IMG/VR virus record: IMGVR_UViG_3300029825_000757
Span: 1-26,777 of that record
From: a virus
Lineage: Duplodnaviria > Caudoviricetes
DNA length: 26,777 nucleotides
Reading direction: 5' to 3' (one strand)
Of the stretch, positions 24,295 to 26,777 are shown piece by piece. The notes beneath the pieces are model-generated. The model saw only the letters and a list, made by a program, of their open reading frames with translations, was not told the DNA's origin and did not search any database. A program made the translations under genes and the position numbers. Each line of letters begins with the position of its first letter. The stretch's first letter is position 1.

Positions 24295-26229
24295 TTAATC
24301 TTTTTTATAAAATTTACATTCATAACCATCGGCACGAAGTAAAAGTCCTTCTGCCCAAGCCGGTGTCTGGTTCATTAGCTCACTGATATCCTTAACAGAT
24401 GCATCTAAAGCAACTTCTAAAACCACTTCGTCATGGACATGCATTACTATGTTGTACCCAGCATTGTTTAGAGTTTGCATAGCATGGCAGAGAATATCTC
24501 TCGAGATAGCTTGGACAATATTCTCAACAAACTTAGGACCATAACTTTCAATCCTCTCCCACTTTTTCGTGGTACCTGTACCTTCATAGGTCACCGATTC
24601 CCGGTCAAAACGATTTAACCCGATCTTAGGTTTTACATAGGAAAGCTTCCTGCCTGAAGGTAGAGTAATAAAAAGTATGCCGCTTCTATATTCAAAAAGA
24701 ATACCGTTGGTTTGTGTAGAACTGCGTTCCCGCACAGTAGTTAAAGCAGCTCTATCGACGTCCCACCAAAGTCTGACTATGTTGGGATTGGCATCTCGCC
24801 ATGCATCAACTAGTGGTTTTAGGTCTTCTTCGGAAAGCCCCATTTCTAAAGCACCCATGGCTTTAAGTGCACCAACCGAGCCACCATAACCCAAAGCCAA
24901 CTCCGCAATTTTTCCTTTTTGCCTAAGCGTACTTCCTTTTGTGATTTGTTCCACAGGAACCTTAAACATCTGGGAGGCAGACGCCTCATATATTTTCCCA
25001 TGAGTAGCAAATACTTCGTTTCGCCAAGTCTCGCCAGCGAGCCAAGAAATGACTCTAGCCTCAATAGAAGAAAAGTCCGCAACGATAAACTTACACCCCT
25101 CTTTGGGAACAAAAGCCGTTCTAATCAATTCTGACAAGACATCTGGAACAGCATTGTATAATACCTCCAATGCATCTAAATTGCCATCATGAACCAAATC
25201 TCGTGCCTGTTCCAGATCAGGCAAATGATTTTGCGGGAGGTTTTGGACTTGTATAAGCCTTCCTGCAAATCGTCCTGTCCTATTCGCACCGTAGAATTGC
25301 AAAAGACCTCGTGCTCTTCTATCCGAGCATACTGCGTTTTCCATCGCTGTATATTTTCTTACACTGGATTTTGCAAGGGCTTGACGGAGTTCAAGGACAC
25401 GTTCAACAGACTCAGGCACGTCTTTTATTAGTTCTTTCACTGCTTTTTTATCCAAGCTCTCCGTTTCAATGCCTTGCTCAGAAAGCCAGGACTTGAGTTG
25501 AACTACAGAGTTGGGATTTTCTAGATCGGTTAGTTCCTGCATGGTTTCAGTCAGTTCTTCTCTTGCCCGATTATCTAAGTGAATGGCTTCTCTAACTAAA
25601 TCCATGTCAAGCAAGATACCCCTGTCGTTGATCTCTTGATCAAGGTGGTAATTACGCCACTCACACTCCGGAACTGGGAATCTCCTCAATCTTTTTTGAA
25701 TCTCCAATTCGGTCTCCACGTCACGAGCATTGTAAAGTTTGAATTGTTCCCACTTATCTGGTGCATGTCCGGGTAGATTACGTGAACGACCGCCATTTGC
25801 TTTGGTGGGCTTGCAAGGTTTGGAAAAGTAGCGAATTAGGTCTTTACCTACTTCTAACTTTTGCTTTTCAAGGCCAAGAACCGCACCAACGCCTACCAAA
25901 GAAAGAGGAAGCCCAAGATAAGCAGACCATACCATTGTGCAACGCCATGAATTAGGCTCTAACCACATACCAAAATAGTGAGATAAACACACACGCTCAA
26001 ACTGTGCATTAAACGCCCACTTAATAACGCGGTCGTCTAAAACCGCACTCTGGATTTCTTTAGGTATTTCCTCACCACTTGCCAGGTCAATAACCTGTAC
26101 TGGTCCAGAATCCACACTGTACCCAAAAAGCATAATTTCAAAATCCTTAGCTTCAGCATAGCGATAGACCCCGCTTTTGGCGAGGTCCACGCTACTATAG
26201 GTCTCTAAATCAATGCTAAGAGTTCTCAT
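24295..26229 (-). CDS. Phage family A DNA polymerase (3'-5' exonuclease + polymerase)
   Basis: IDLET, AFNAQFE, YNARDV, TGRFAG...QNLP, ADFSSIEAR, RQKGKIAELALGYG, HVHDE. Confidence 0.95.
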   Translation of the reverse strand: MRTLSIDLETYSSVDLAKSGVYRYAEAKDFEIMLFGYSVDSGPVQVIDLASGEEIPKEIQSAVLDDRVIKWAFNAQFERVCLSHYFGMWLEPNSWRCTMVWSAYLGLPLSLVGVGAVLGLEKQKLEVGKDLIRYFSKPCKPTKANGGRSRNLPGHAPDKWEQFKLYNARDVETELEIQKRLRRFPVPECEWRNYHLDQEINDRGILLDMDLVREAIHLDNRAREELTETMQELTDLENPNSVVQLKSWLSEQGIETESLDKKAVKELIKDVPESVERVLELRQALAKSSVRKYTAMENAVCSDRRARGLLQFYGANRTGRFAGRLIQVQNLPQNHLPDLEQARDLVHDGNLDALEVLYNAVPDVLSELIRTAFVPKEGCKFIVADFSSIEARVISWLAGETWRNEVFATHGKIYEASASQMFKVPVEQITKGSTLRQKGKIAELALGYGGSVGALKAMGALEMGLSEEDLKPLVDAWRDANPNIVRLWWDVDRAALTTVRERSSTQTNGILFEYRSGILFITLPSGRKLSYVKPKIGLNRFDRESVTYEGTGTTKKWERIESYGPKFVENIVQAISRDILCHAMQTLNNAGYNIVMHVHDEVVLEVALDASVKDISELMNQTPAWAEGLLLRADGYECKFYKKD

Positions 26230-26777
26230 GATAGAAAGTCATCATCCACATCTGTGGCAAAGTCCTCTGCGGCACTTGTTCTACCACCTAAAGGCTCTCC
26301 ATCTCGGATCTTCTGAATGTTTCCAAGACCACATGCAATACCTTTGTTCCCATTGGAGTTGAAAGCGTAAAAGCTGATACTTACTCGTGCGTAAACACCA
26401 GAGTAAACTTCCGAACGGTCAAGAATTGGATTGACGTTTTTATCAACAATTTGCGGGGCAGTAAGACTATTTGCATTGATGAAATAACTGTCTGCATAGG
26501 CTTCATCATCAGGACGGTCAATGTCCCCATCACGCAGAGGTAGTTTGAGGGCAGCCTTGTTTGGAATCTTACCACCAAACTTACCTTTACCTTCCTCAAT
26601 AGCAGCGTTGATAGCTGCATTAATGGCGTTAAGGGTTTTAGTGTCACTCTTTGGGATAATCAAACTCACACTGTACTTTTCGGTACCTCCGTTGATGGAT
26701 TTAGGTTCCCATACATTCGCATACGACAGTCTAACAACTCCTGTAACCACTTTAGTAGGGTTAGTTTTGTTTGACAT
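26226..26777 (-). CDS. DUF2815 family single-stranded DNA-binding protein (T7 gp2.5-like)
   Basis: VRLSYANVWEP, PLRDGD, YSGVYARVS, GNKGIACGLGNIQK and an acidic tail DVDDDFLS. Confidence 0.9.
   Translation of the reverse strand: MSNKTNPTKVVTGVVRLSYANVWEPKSINGGTEKYSVSLIIPKSDTKTLNAINAAINAAIEEGKGKFGGKIPNKAALKLPLRDGDIDRPDDEAYADSYFINANSLTAPQIVDKNVNPILDRSEVYSGVYARVSISFYAFNSNGNKGIACGLGNIQKIRDGEPLGGRTSAAEDFATDVDDDFLS

Overview
Nearly the whole window is the right-hand part of a Firmicutes (Bacillota) prophage-like element, with every credible gene on the minus strand. In transcription order (high to low coordinates) it carries: a replication module (DUF2815 SSB, family A DNA polymerase, BRO/antirepressor, DUF4406-like protein, P4/D5 primase-helicase, putative ori, VRR-NUC, SNF2 helicase); a late regulator; HNH, cos and terS; MetK and a ParB-DNA methyltransferase; small accessory genes; terL; a GIY-YIG moron; an HK97-type head module (portal, Clp protease, capsid, connector, head closure); two holin-like genes; a SHOCT protein plus three serine recombinase genes; one AT-rich cargo gene; and an att site containing the 3' end of rlmD/rumA. 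Most notable observations: (1) no tail or endolysin genes, so the element resembles a capsid-forming satellite; (2) two candidate translational recoding sites, GGT-TAA-GGT inside the helicase Walker A motif and a lambda-G/T-type G GGA AAG slippery site at the end of a holin-like gene; (3) a cargo protein fusing prenyltransferase/squalene-cyclase QW repeats to an OLD-type TOPRIM domain; (4) extra rlmD-derived attB half-sites stacked beside the att site and possibly bracketing the cargo; (5) two families of repeated element-specific promoter-like motifs. Family assignments come from motif recognition by eye, not from database searches.
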